Origin: Chlorokybus atmophyticus
Taxonomy: Eukaryota > Plantae > Mesostigma and Chlorokybus algae
Reading direction: 5' to 3'
DNA length: 64,000 bases
Assembly (NCBI GenBank): GCA_009103225.1
Contig: RHPI01003369.1
Span: 1,454,017-1,518,016, forward strand
Shown here: piece after piece, positions 33,276 to 46,749 of the stretch
How the letters are laid out: each line of letters begins with the position of its first letter
Numbering within the stretch: the first letter of the stretch is position 1
Translations under genes and position numbers: made by a program
Notes under the pieces: generated by a model
Database searches by the model: none
Told to the model about the DNA's origin: nothing
Seen by the model: only the letters and a program-made list of their open reading frames with translations

Positions 33276-34988
33276 AGTTCATCAAATGCCATGTGCACAC
33301 CAGTCACTTCATGCAATAATTTGCCTATATTTGAGGAATATTATGAAACCTGAAGGTGTAACGGCCCAGATGTGTCCTTGTCGATCCAACAGTCGACAAC
33401 TACTACTATCACTCGCTGTCAGCCAATTGCACTCGCCGCCTGGCGTTTCTGTGTTGCCGTGTAGCGTGATGCGTCCGTAGTGAAGCGCGCGAACGCAAAC
33501 CGACAAGATTTAAACGGTTAATCAAGAGGGCAACCGGACCTTGCAGTAACCATCACTTCTGGCTTCTTATTCCTTTAGATACAATGTGTATGCTCGTACA
33601 ATACCTCTGGTACTTCATAATTTTTAGGTACTTTGCTAAGGAGTAACCCCGCTAAAAGTATAGCATACTCATTGATAGTTCTATTCTCGATGATATGCAA
33701 GAGAGATGCTTGTCCGCAGACACCAGATCTTATTGCTCGTAAACTCTCTTCCGCAAGTCTCACCCAGGGTATGCTATTAAGGAAAAAGAGCATGGCGTGG
33801 TGGGCGTGATAACCGAGCGTGACGGGCGTAATGAGTGTAAGGATGTAATGGACAAACCTCGTTCGACAACATGTTCATGCTGACGACGCTCAACCATGTG
33901 ATGCTTTACGGTGCCAGGAGCACATCCCCGCCAAGTAAATTAGATTGCAAAAGATGAGTTATGTATGCTCTTAGCGCGGGTTGACTGTGGAAAGGAGCAT
34001 GGCCTATGGCCCATAGGGTATGGGCATGACGCGCGGTGCGCTATGCAGCGTGCCGGATTGCGCGCCGCACTCCACGTTGCGCTGGGACCGCGGCATGCAA
34101 AAAGCGGTTGGCGGTAAGCTGATGATGCGTCAGTCACGACCCTGCCAGGCTGCCAGACAAGCAGTCCCCGGCCACGTGGGCAGCCAACTGCTTCCGCGCC
34201 AAGATTGCACCTACGAACTCCCTCGCGCATGCACTGCAGCACTATACTCACGCCGCAAAAAGACGCTCCAGCAAACCGGTGTTGTATCGGACAAAGACCT
34301 CAATGCATGGCTGATCTGCCCCATCAGTCCCGCCACAAAGTAGTCGGACACATCATAAACATTACGTCAGCAATCAATGGGTGCTTTGGGTTTGGAAAGG
34401 GCGCTGGAGCTGCTCTGGCGAAGATCTCTGCGACACGGTCTGTCGCGATGCCACGATGGCAAGCCGTACAGACTGATTAAACCAATTGTGTGCAATACGC
34501 AGCGTACACCGTTGCACTGAGTGTCAACAGTACGGCTCAAGATGTGAGCTTCTGAGGTCCGCGAGAGTTGAGGGAGGGCGCCAGCCAGCTGGTTGAGTCC
34601 TCCGACTCACGCCCCACAAACGCCCTTTTCATGCTTTCATGCCTTTAGCTGTAGGCCTAGGTTCTTCACACTACCGGTAGGTTCCTAACATGAGTCACAG
34701 AGGACCCGCATCGTAAGTCGCATGCAAAATTCGATCACAGTACAAGTGTACGACTGTAGGTCCCTGCACTTTCTCTCTGGTCAGATAGACTAGAGTTTAT
34801 CAATGCGTGCGCCGATGCAGTTGGGGTTCCCGGTCAGGCGTACGTTGCTAACCTCGAAGCCGGAGTGACATTGCAAAAAGGGCCCCCTGCGTGACCCCGC
34901 GCCGCGGCCCCCCCGCGCAAAAAGTCACACGCTGCCTTGCATTCATCGCCCACGATGCATTGAATCACGCACGCACGCACGCACGCAA

Positions 34989-36170
34989 GCCCGCCGCTGT
35001 GTCGTCCAGCTACACCCCCTCCTCGTGCTTCATGTGCATGTACAAGGAGGAAAGCACGCAGGCGAGCATTCACGCTCCTGTGCGCCTCAGCCTAGGCGGC
35101 AGTGAGTCTTGGCGTCATTGTCTACATCGATACGCTGCTAGACGGGCCAGACATAAACGACGGCTTGCATACTGCTGCTTGGCGTATCGGTTGCTTAGGC
35201 GTTGGTCTCCCGAACGAGGGTAGTGTTACCTTGCCGCCTGAGGCGTTGTGTATAGAGCAGAGCGAGGATGCTGAGTGTGGAGCTCAGGATGGAGGAGGGG
35301 TTGCCGCCTCCGGCACTCAAATCGCCAGGCAGCACTAAGTTTCCTGGCAGGCGACTCTCGTGGAGTGACCACCACGGCAAGCAGCTCGAACAGGTGCGTG
35401 TGTGACTGATCAACATCGACCACCAATCCGTCATCGCCTCCTGCATGTGCCGAGCTCTCGCCATTTCTTTGCTGTCCTTGTCTCTCCAAGAGGCACAATT
35501 TGCAGTGCAATGCACGTGTGATCAATCCCCCCCCCCCCCCCCCCCCCNNNNNNNNNNNNNNNNNNNNNNNNNNNNNNNNNNNNNNNNNNNNNNNNNNNNN
35601 NNNNNNNNNNNNNNNNNNNNNNNNNNNNNNNNNNNNNNNNNNNNNNNNNNNNNNNNNNNNNNNNNNNNNNNNNNNNNNNNNNNNNNNNNNNNNNNNNNNN
35701 NNNNNNNNNNNNNNNNNNNNNNNNNNNNNNNNNNNNNNNNNNNNNNNNNNNNNNNNNNNNNNNNNNNNNNNNNNNNNNNNNNNNNNNNNNNNNNNNNNNN
35801 NNNNNNNNNNNNNNNNNNNNNNNNNNNNNNNNNNNNNNNNNNNNNNNNNNNNNNNNNNNNNNNNNNNNNNNNNNNNNNNNNNNNNNNNNNNNNNNNNNNN
35901 NNNNNNNNNNNNNNNNNNNNNNNNNNCCAACCCGCCCCTTTGTTGCCTCACTGGTCACCGTCCACTCATCACCCCACCACACCCGCAGATTCTGATCATC
36001 CCCAACGTGCTGCAAGAGATGGAGTCTGCCGCAGCTGCTGGCTTGGAGCTGGACACTCTCTCCGGCAGGAAACGGGACTGGCCGACGGTGGTGTCGCAGC
36101 TCGTCGGCATCGTTTTCCTCATCGTCGTGTTCGTCATGATCGTCGCCGCGCAACAGCAGCAAAGGCAGTG
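34989..36170 (+). CDS. Small intron-containing protein with C-terminal transmembrane helix; possibly RING-CH/MARCH-like; middle hidden by an N-gap
   Basis: Last exon (after ..cccgcag at 35987) reads ILIIPNVLQEMESAAAAGLELDTLSGRKRDWPTVVSQLVGIVFLIVVFVMIVAAQQQQRQ*. An upstream GC-rich exon reads SSCFMCMYKEES (CxxC). Confidence 0.4.
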
Positions 36171-37419
36171 ATCGCTGCTCGCTGCCGCCAAGCGTAGTGT
36201 CCCTAGTTTTGTAGTTAGCTGTTTGGAATGGTAGTGACAGCAGCAGCAGCAGCAGCAGCAGTTCCAGCCAACCCGCTGTGGCTACCATTGGATGTCGATG
36301 GCGCTCAACCCAAGCCTGGCCCTTCCCGCTCAGCCACACGAACCTGTAGAAGGCACTCGTGTGTGCACCCCCTGCCTCCCTCCCTACCCCACCCTTCGCT
36401 GCTTGTACATACTGCACCGCATAAGGTGGAGGATATGTGCGCGAGGGTGCTCACGCCTGCCTCAGGTCAGTTGGTTGACCCTGTTCGCCAGTCATGAGTG
36501 GTGCACCCATCTTCCAGTGCCCTCATCTCACACGAACTACTATGACTGCAGGTCGTTTGCATTCCACCAGATCCTGCCCTTCTATGTTATCCTGCCTCAC
36601 GTACATACGAGCACGCACACCTGGCCCCAATCCCTGTCGTCTCACACACGAAGAAGCCCGCTGCGTAGGCAGTGGGCTCGCGTATAGCCCGCCTTTTTCC
36701 AGCTCCCCATACATTGGCCCCCCTTCTCCCTTTTCCCTTCCTCCCTTTCAGCTGAAGTGCTGCCTAAGCGCTGGCCTTGTTTAGTTATAGAGTTGATCTG
36801 TTCCCAAAGCATCACCAGCGCGACTCTGTGCATATGTTGTAGGCACCCTGCTGATATTATACTACCACAGCGCATATTATATGCGCTTATCAAACCAGTA
36901 TGAAGTGTTTTCATCCTAGGGCGCAAAGCAAGCACGCCTTGTTGTGGTCTGTAGGTGTACGTGTTTATGTTGTGCCCTGATTATTGTAATGTAACTTTCA
37001 TCAATGGCGGCAAACAAATGTCTCATATTGTTTACCTGAATTGAAGAATATGCAATCACCTTTCCACTTGAGTTTGTATGCCAGCTTTTAAAAAACAATC
37101 TATGAACTGTTGCCAACAGTGCAACCACTCAAAGCCAGTTACTTCGCACACCTTTTACAACAATGTGCAACAGTCACCCATAAACTACTGCACTAAGAAC
37201 GTTGTGACTTGTCAAACTCTCGCTCAAAATGTGCAAACAACATGACGCGATTCAATATGCGCCAATCATGTGGCCATCACGTGTACAGCAACGCTGAGCG
37301 TGGGAGTATGCGTGCAACCATGGGAAGCATGCACCTGCCCGTTGCAAGCCACGTATCATGTAATGCGGCACAACGCCAGAGAGTGCAGGTCTATGCCAGC
37401 CGAACGCGACCGTTTCATA

Positions 37420-38335
37420 CCCACCGACTATGATGAGGATGAGGATTAGGGAACTGTTGCCATCGCCGTTGCCCGAGTACGCTTGCTTAGGGACAATACA
37501 CGTCTGTTGCCATTGCTGTCCACATCGTTACTGTCGTTGTCGACGCGCGTGCCGATGAAGCGCAGACACCGACATGGCCGGCACACACCGCCACGTGCTG
37601 CCCCTTGTCGAGGACATGGCTATGGCAGTGGCTGTGCGCGTGCATGTCTGCTGGGTTGGAGATGCAGTGCGAGTCGCTAGATTGCGACGCGGGCGGCTAC
37701 CTGCAGAGGCGAGGGCGGGCACGTCAGCGACGGCTCGTCTCCGTGCGCACCAGGAACCTGCTGTTGTTGGCGTGCGAGGACAAAGGGGAAAACCCGAAGG
37801 CGGTGAGTCCCGTTAAGGCGGTTGCGGTTGACAATAAAAGGGGGATGATATGGGCGGAGGGAACGGCGTCACAAACACTGGTAAGGATACTCGCTGCTGA
37901 AGCACAGGCAATGGAGATGCGGCCGAGCTCCTCACTCCCAGTGAAGCCAACAGCCTTCTTCTCGTTGGACAAACCGCTCGCTTGCTTGTGGCGCGGGGAT
38001 CACCAACTGTGTGCGGCACGCAATCAAGTAGCGCATTACAAGCGCATGCACACAACATGATACACTGTTACATTGTTAGCATCAGTGGTGACACACTTCG
38101 ACTGACATGTGCACGCACGCACACGTACCCGCACCTGACTGGGCGTAGAGATGGTCCTCCCGCCATCCCAGCGCTGCCTTTGCTGCTGCTGTTGCTTCCT
38201 GCGGCCCGCAGTGGCGAGACTTCCATCTGCGATGACCTTGACCACCTGCTTGACTGAGGCCATGGGCGACATAGGGAGCGTGGCGGGCGCAGACCTCGAG
38301 CCCGCCACTGAGGCGACCCACACGCACACATATGT
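37420..38335 (-). pseudogene. Inverted, frameshifted duplicate of exon 1, intron 1 and the start of exon 2 of the HTTM gene
   Basis: ..GSRSAPATLPMSPMAS..RTISTPSQ|gt and LSNEKKAVG..PVLQQRVSLP align with 40860-41900. The start ATG is changed to GTG; stops and frameshifts are present. Confidence 0.8.
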
Positions 38336-38704
38336 TCACATGGTTCCCTCCCCCCTTTGCGCGCGCACGCACAGTGGTACACACATACGCCCACGCGCAG
38401 TCAGACACACGCACATACAGTCACACACAAGGTCACACACACACACGCATGCACGCGCGCGTGCGCAAACACACAGCGCATATGTCGTGGCAGCCACTTA
38501 CAGTGAACTGGCACGCAACCCACAGTGCAAATGCCTTTATCGATCAGTCCGCACAGCTGCCTATGTCTCATGCAGCCACGAAAACTGCTGCACCAACGAG
38601 GTTCAATTTGACATGGCTTGATTGGACAGTGAAAGCTACAAAACTGTCTCGCACTCTTGTGCAAGATCGAGCCAATGCGTGAGCGAGAGCGAATCCGTGC
38701 TTGG

Positions 38705-39890
38705 TCATGGTCGGAAGGCCTCGTCGGGGGGCGGGATGAGGTTGACGCCGCGCGTGTCGAGTAGCTGCACGAGGAGTAGGTACCCGACGCCCAGCAGCAC
38801 CGCAAACGCTCCCGTCAATATGGCCGTGAACTGGCCCTTCACGAAACCCTCCTGCTTTGGCTTCCCCTGCTGCCCAACACTGGACACCTCCCCTGCAAAC
38901 CAACAACCGCAATGCCGTATTGCATGAGCAGCCATACACAGCCAAAGTGTGTATGTCAATGCGCGTGTGGGAGTAACTGGTGTTGACTTGGCCAATGTAC
39001 CGGTGTTCGCGGGTGTGGTGGTGGTGGCGTTGGCTGCGACGTTGCGTCGGCGCTCGATCTCGTTCTGGATGGCCGCTTGGGCGTTGCTGTAGTCAACCTC
39101 CTCGCCCTCGTCGCCGCCGCCCCCCAGCGCACACCGGATGGGAAGGCGTCCGTGGCGGGACTGGCGGGGCGCACGGGCAGGAGATGGCGGAGATAAGGCA
39201 AGCGAAGGCCTGTGACGAAATGGTCGAGAGAGAGTGCATGGCCGCTGTTAAGTGTGGGAAGCAGCGGGAACTATGCACAGCGCGTCACTGACACAAGCAA
39301 ACAGGATGACCTGCAAGGACTGCGTACATGCCTGCAAGGCCTATTGCGAGTCACACAGAGAGTAGTCGCATGCTTGGGTGTGTAACGGGCATGGCCACGG
39401 CAACATGACAGCAGTCAGAGTGACTAGAATTCCGTTGGATGTCATCTGATGCAGTTTGGGTGAACATTGGAGAAAAAGTACTGTGCAGCGGGTCATGCTG
39501 TAATGGCCGTGCATTTGGTTCGTCCAGTTGTGTGCCGCTGATCACATGTCAACGTCAACCAGCAGTTTGCAGTCATATTGGGTTGATGTGAGCATCGCTG
39601 CTAGGTTACGCAGAATACTGCATGGCTCGAGTTCGTTCCATGCACCAAAGCGATGCCATCGTAACGCCACATTGAATAGGCGTGAGCTTCACCCAAACCA
39701 CAGCAGACCACGGCCTAGCACACCAGTGTTGTTGCCACGGCCACGCTCTCACTGACCTGTTTGGCCCCAACGATGAGGACGGGTAGCGGCTCCTGAGCGG
39801 CCGTCTTGCGGCGGGCTCTGCTCCTGCGACCAGGCCGACCGTCCCGACCGCCAGGCACGATGCCACCGCCGCCGACGCCATGACCGGCAT
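38705..39890 (-). CDS. Plastid-targeted small membrane protein with cyanobacterial-type C-terminus (exons 39890-39757, 39209-39001, 38892-38705)
   Basis: GT-AG junctions are in phase. Ala/Ser/Arg-rich transit peptide ending ..LPIRC-A. C-terminus TAILTGAFAVLLGVGYLLLVQLLDTRG..LIPPP resembles small cyanobacterial proteins of the type AIITGAISLLLAIAYLLLVQLLDFRG..PAP (from memory). Confidence 0.8.
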
Positions 39891-40871
39891 GACCTGAGCG
39901 GCCACGTACGCACAATATATATACGCGATGGGTAACGCGATACGGCGTGACGCACGTGACGCAACAGGGGGGGGGTTGTTCAATTTTGGGCTGTTGCTGC
40001 TTTCTCTGTGCTGTGCTGCTCTGATCTCAAGTTGCGCCTACTGCGGCGGCGGCGGTGGTGGCCAGGGGAGAGCGGACGGTTTGGTAAAGAGGCTCGCTGG
40101 GGGTTGGACAGAGACCCTCCTGCTGCTGACGTTGTTCTCTGCGGGGTGCCGTGAACCGCTGTATCGCTCAGTGGGTTTATCACGCCAGTGGGTGTGGATC
40201 TCCAGTGAGAGCGGGTGCGTGCGTGTGTTTCACACAGTTGTTGAAGCGCTCCCGGAGTTGTGTATCGCTATCGCTACATCTATGGGTTTCATCTATGTCC
40301 ATAACCACCGGCTGTCTCTCTGTCACTTCTTTACTCTTTCACACTGGGATTGTTGTGAGAGCTTGCAGCATCACCTTGTGGCAAGGATTGATAGCTACAA
40401 GACAGATCAGCAGCGTTAGCTGAGGGGCGCTGCCCCGACTGACTGTGAACGTCTGCGTCTGTGTGTTGGCAGGCGCCCCAAACCAGGCGCTTCCACATCG
40501 TATTTGCACTTGACGTAGGAATGTTGCAGCTGTGACGCGCACATAGCACACACACCCAACAGCAAGGTGCCATGCCTCCACTCCAGGGCCCCCCTTCTCC
40601 CGCTCACACTCCAGCACCGACCACATCAGAACCGCCCCCAACAACAACACCCTTACCAGCACCCCCAGCAACGACCACCACCACAGCCACCCCCGCCCCC
40701 ACCAGTCGGCCCAACTCCCCCGCCCCTCCTCCTCCCCCCATCCCTCCCTTCCCCCCTCCCGGCCACTTCACCCACCCTCTCCTCCGCACCTCACCACCAC
40801 AACCACAGCCCCCCCCCGTACCTCCCTTCCCTCCTCCCGGCCATCATGTGTTCCCGGGTGTCGCCTCGTCC

Positions 40872-43800
40872 ATGGCGGGGTCGAGGTCCGCTCCCGCCAC
40901 GCCGCCGATGTCGCCCATGGCGTCCAGGAGGTCGTCCAGGATGGAGGTGTCACCGCCGAGGGCGGCATCGCCGGCGGGGAGCAACAGCAGCAGTGGGAGC
41001 GGGATAGTGAGGACCATACCAACGCCCAGTCAGGTGGGTGCGCGTGCGCGTGCGCGTACGTGAGTACAAGTGCGCGGTGGAGTTGTGCGTGCGTGCACGT
41101 GTCAGTGCAAGCTTGTGATGAAAGTGTGCACATGCATGCGCCTACATGTACACGTTTACACCGTGTGCAATGTTGTGCATGCGCATCATCAGCATTGCTT
41201 TGTAACACACTGGTTGACTGCATGCCATACAGCTGGCGATCCCGGCGCCAAAGGAAGCGAGTAATCTGTCCAACGAGAAGAAGGTTGCCGGCTCCATTGG
41301 TATCGAGTCGGGAGGAGGCCCTTCCCCTTCTCCCTCCCCAATGCTTCAGCAGCGCGCCTCCTTACCCTCCCCCGTGACGCCTCCCCCTCCCCCCATCTCC
41401 ATCCCACCCGTCACCTCCACCACCCCCGCGGGTTCCCCTTCCTCCTCGCACGCCAACAGCGCCTCCCTCGCGCGCACGGTGCTCACGCGTGGTGGAGCCG
41501 AGCCAACATCACCGGCCTCCCCCGCGCACACGGCATTACAACGCACGTTGAGTGGAGGAAGCCGACCGCGCCATCGTGCATCGAGGTCAAGCGACTCGTG
41601 CATACCCAACCCAGCAGACACGCACGCACACGGCCACAGCCACAGCCAGAGTCACATTTCTGATGCGGGGCAGCACGTGGACTCGGACCCGGGAGGGTGC
41701 GCGCCGTCCACGTCGGGCCCACGCCTGCGCCCCATCGCCACGCGCGTCACAAACAACAACAACAACGCCAACAACCACGTGTCGAGCAACGGCAGCAGCC
41801 GCGTGTCGTCCCCGCACACGTACTCCACAAACACATCCATGGCTCCCGTCCCCTCCTCCTCTTCCTCCTCCTCGTCATCAGTCGGTTCGGAGCTGTCGCG
41901 TCTAGTTGGCGTGGACCTTCGCTCTCTTGCTCTGTGCCGCGTGCTAGCTGCTATGTGCGTCGCTCGGGACGCGTGGGGGCGTTCTTCCCACATACGCGCT
42001 CACCTATCCGACGCGGGCGTGCTGCCACGCTCGGCATTGCTCCATTTCTGGTCCTCAGCCACAGGACCATCACTATGTCTGCTCTCCGGCGCCGCATTCA
42101 CACAGTGTCTCATCCTCATCCTCGCCCTCGTCTGCGCACTCGCACTCGCGCTCGGGTACCGCACGCGCGCCTCGTTGTTCGCGTGCTGGGTGATCGTACT
42201 ATCAATGCAGCACCGCAACCCTCTCCTCGTGGACACGCAGGACGTCGCGCTGAGACTACTGCTCTTCTGGGGACTATTTCTCCCGCTCGGTGCGCGCTAC
42301 TCGCTCGACGACGCGTGGGGGAGTGGTAGTACGACCCAACGCACCCACCGGCACAACAACAACAACAACAACAACAACAACCAACCTCAGGGTGACCGCG
42401 TGATCTCTCTCGCCACGGTGGCCCTCTTCGTGCAAGTGTCTCTGAGCTACTATCTCAGCGCGTTGTTGCGATCGGGGCCAGAGTGGTCTGTCGAGGGTAG
42501 TGCGCTGTACTACCTTGCGCGTGCGTCCCTCGCCTTGCCCAACGCGGGTGCGGGCGTGGGGCTGGCGGGACGCGTGCTGGCGCACCCGGCGACGACGCAT
42601 CTGGTCATGTGGTGGGAGGCGCTGGGACCGAGCCTACTGCTCGCGGCAGGCATCGTTGAGGGCGCGCGTGTCCTCGTCCTCGCCGCCTTCGGGTGAGTAA
42701 TGTGCATGAAAGCTGCACACACCCACGCGCACACGCTCTTGCACGCAATCTCCGACTCATTTCCTTATGTTTCTCTCTCAACAGCGTGCATGCTGTGGTG
42801 ATGTCGGCCGCGGACCCTTCCGCTCTCGGCGTGTTGCCTGCCTTCGCCACCCTCTCGGCCTTCGTACCCGCCATCGTGTGGGACCGCGTGGGCGGCGATC
42901 GCAAAGTTGGGAGCGCTGGCGGCAGCGTGAGCGAAAGCAGCACGAGCGCGAATGGCGCCGCGGGTGCTGTTGCCAACAATAGCGGTGATGGGAGCGGCAA
43001 GCAGCCGCGTGCGATCACGCTGTACTATGACTGCGAGAATGAAGGCAGCAGGAGATTGGCGCTGGCCGTGCGCACTTTCTTCCTGAGTGCAGGTGAGTGT
43101 GTGTGTTGTGAGTCTGTCAGTGCAGTCGGTCAGTTCTGCTGTGATTGTGCATGGGCTCAAATACATGTGCGCGTGCAGACACAAGGGTACTGCCTGCTCA
43201 GCCCAACACGCCCGTGCGTGCGGACATGGAAGCCCAGCACGCCCGCTGGCTCTTGGTGGTGAGTCAAAGGCTTTCCATCATCTCCGATTACGCAAGTTAT
43301 CTTTGCCACTTCACTTAACTAGGTGTGTGCACACCCACACGCAGGTGGACGCGAAGGCGTCACACCACACGGGTCTCGCAGCGTTGGAGTGCGTTGCCGG
43401 CCACTCGCGCGTGCTCAAGCCGCTGCAGCCTCTCCTTCGCACCCTCAAACACCGCTCCAACAAAACCGCAACATCGTCCTCATCAACCCTCAAAACGGCC
43501 CTCAGCCACGCCGTGAAGGCCGTCGTCGTCGCTCTCACGTGGACCCGCACCACACTACTCGGCAAGTCCGAGGGAGGCACATACCGTCGCGGGTCGGTCA
43601 CAACACGTCGTCCCTCGTGGACATCACGTCGGGGTTCGATGTCCGAGGCGTCTCCCGCGGGAGGTGGAGCGGGTGGGTATGTTGGCAGCGGGTCCACGTT
43701 ACGGTCTCTGCGGCCGTGGGAGCGCATGCTGGTGGTGTTCCTCCTTGCGTACGTGGTGCTGTGGAACGCCGGCAGCGGGCTCGACACGCCGCTGCTGCGC

Positions 43801-44630
43801 GTGCCGGAGAGACTCGAGTGGGTCGGGAGAGTGACGGGACTCGAACAGTATTGGGGGAGCCACGCGCCGTCACCGCCACACCAAGAGGTAATGTGTGTGG
43901 CTGGTTGTGACACAACTATGTGTGGCACGGGTGTTGATGTTGTGTCCACGTGTGCAGGTGTGGCTGGTGGCGTCGGCGTCCACCGCGAGCGGGCACAAGT
44001 TGGACGTGTTGCGGGGGGGTGCGGCCACGCCCTCGCCCATGCATATCAGGGAGAGCCAACCGCAGCCGTATGCTTCGCCCTTCAGCGATAAACGGTGCGT
44101 CACTGTCACACCTCGAGGAGGGTTTGTGTACTGAGCTGACTGTGTGGCATCACTGAGTGTCTGGGGATATTGTGGCAGATGGGGGCGGTACCTTGCGAAC
44201 GTGGCCGTGTCGAGGAAGGAGCAGGCGCAGTACCTGGCGCACTACTTGTGCATGTGAGCACAAAAAACCCTCCTCCAAACACACTAGTGCCTATGTCAAA
44301 CAGCTTGTAGACCACCCCTTGTCGTATGTACTGACCCTTGCCTTATCTTTAACAGCTGGTGGAACAGCCTGGAAGCCCATGGCACGGGATCACCAGGTAT
44401 GCAGTGTCTAGTAACATAGCTTCCAAGGACTGCAACAAACTGTTATTGCACTCAAATGGCTGCGGTGTTGATGCGTGCAGTAATGGTATCCGCTGACAAG
44501 CCATGGCATGTGTGCAGTGCGTGCGTCGTCTGTGGATGTTGCCGTGTACTGGCGGGAGATTCTGCCGCGAGGGGCGTCATCGGACACGGCCGCGGCGTCG
44601 CTGTGGGAACAGCAGTGTCCGCAGCAATAG
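40872..44630 (+). CDS. HTTM-domain membrane protein with a DCC1-like (DUF393) module, bacterial-type architecture, multi-exon
   Basis: GVDLRSLAL.R; HLSDAGVLPR; LGYRTR; RNP..DV.LRLLLFWGLFLPLGARYSLD; SGPEW..GSALYY; TLYYD; WN...G...GLEQYW...APSP; RWGRY; LW..C. Exons 40872-41033, 41233-42692, 42785-43092, ~43179-43258, 43346-43888, 43959-44094, then further small exons. An in-frame upstream ATG at 40572 is possible. Confidence 0.8.
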
Positions 44631-45924
44631 CAGGACCAGTAGTGTAGGGATACGCGCACTGCAGTGGTTTTTGTGTTGCTGCTAACCAGGTCAGAACGTA
44701 GACACAGCCGAGCTACCACTTGCTATGGTGCTTGACAGCTGCATAGGGAATGCTGTTTGTTATGTGCACCAGCAGGTGCGGTACTGATCACAAGCAATTC
44801 TCAGCGCTCGTGTTGTGTTACAGAGGCCTCACATAGGCACTCTTCGTACACTGGCATGCACAATAGAGCCATGCCCGTTGCGTCAAGCATTCAAATTGTC
44901 CACACGCGCATTATTGTCAGCATTCCTCTTTAGCGTACTGTGCGCAAGATACATGCATCATGCTAGGGTTAACCCACCACAGCAGTGAGGGACATCCACA
45001 AAAGCAGGTCCGATCCATACACGTCATTTACTATGCCCAGGATGAGTGTTTGCTACTGCTTCGGAGGCGGAAACATACACTCAGCTGCTAAGTGGACATA
45101 CGGGTAGACCCATCGACAGGCCAATTATGGGAGGCAATGACGAGTTAGCAGCGCAAAGCTTACTGTTGCATCGAGGTTGTGTGCACATTCGCAGCTGCTG
45201 AAGTACCATCTTGTGACGCAAGCATGTACCACCCATAGACATAACAAAGAAACGAACGATTGCGGCACCGCCAAGCTGGGCGGCGCCAACTGTACATTTG
45301 CATGTCTTGGAGGACAACCCATTCAAACTGCGCTGCGTGCAATGATTTGGATTTACCACATGCGAGTATGCCGCATGTGCCACAGGTCCAAAGAGGCACA
45401 GGGAACTAGACAGTGCGCGAATGCCTCGAGATTTGTCCACAATGACTGCACAGGGGTTGTAGGAAGATGCAACAACTGGACGTGCCCAGTGCAAGTAAAC
45501 CCTCAACAGCAAGCCACTCGCGGAACACAAGCAATGACAACACTCTCAGTACCTGCGGCTGCTGAACACAATGCTGGCAACCCAATGCAAACTCTCGAGT
45601 CACAGGGGATACGCTACCTCCTCCACAACTCAACCATGCACAAACGAACGCAATGGGTGTGCAACGACAAGCACATACCCGCGCACAAGCTAGCAGACCA
45701 CTATGCAACTCCTCACAACCAATACAATGGCCACTGAAACTGCAAATTTCCAAACTCCGCTTTAGTTCACGTGTCCCATGTCATGTGACTCTGTAAACAC
45801 TGAATGAACCTCATCAAGTCTAAACCAGTGTCTGGCCTATGGCAGCATTAGCAGAAAGGAGCAAGCAAGCAGCTACACAGCACGGGGTGGAGTGCAGTGG
45901 AGTCCTCCTGTACAAGTCACCCGC

Positions 45925-46416
<492 letters not shown>

Positions 46417-46567
46417 TCACACGACGGCAACGGTCGCCCTTAGGAGCTGAGCACGCCCGTTACGGCGTACGCAGGTCCCGCCTCAGACGCCGCCGCCGCC
46501 GCCGACCCCGGCGACAAAGAGACCCCGTCTAGCCCTACCCGCCGCCTATTGTGCGGCGGAGCACAGC

Positions 46568-46576
46568 AAACCCTAA
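46568..46576 (+). promoter_or_regulatory. Telo-box (AAACCCTAA) in the RPS27A upstream region
   Basis: Exact motif ~170 bp upstream of the ribosomal-protein ATG. Telo-boxes are typical of plant translation-machinery promoters. Confidence 0.6.
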
Positions 46577-46749
46577 TTGCTCTCAGCGCATCCCGACCGT
46601 TCAACTCCGCTGCCCCATCGGACGGCTCGGCTAACAGATCGACCGCATGTTGTTTGGCGGGGTCGCCGCATGTCGTCAAGGCTGACGTTTTCGGATTTGT
46701 CGCACACGCACACATGTCACGTCCAGGGCAATATATTCTGTCCCCACCA

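Noticed and set aside
36151-36169. 15-mer cagcagcaaaggcag shared with 38166-38180 (reverse)
   Set aside because: Low-complexity CAG context; likely chance.
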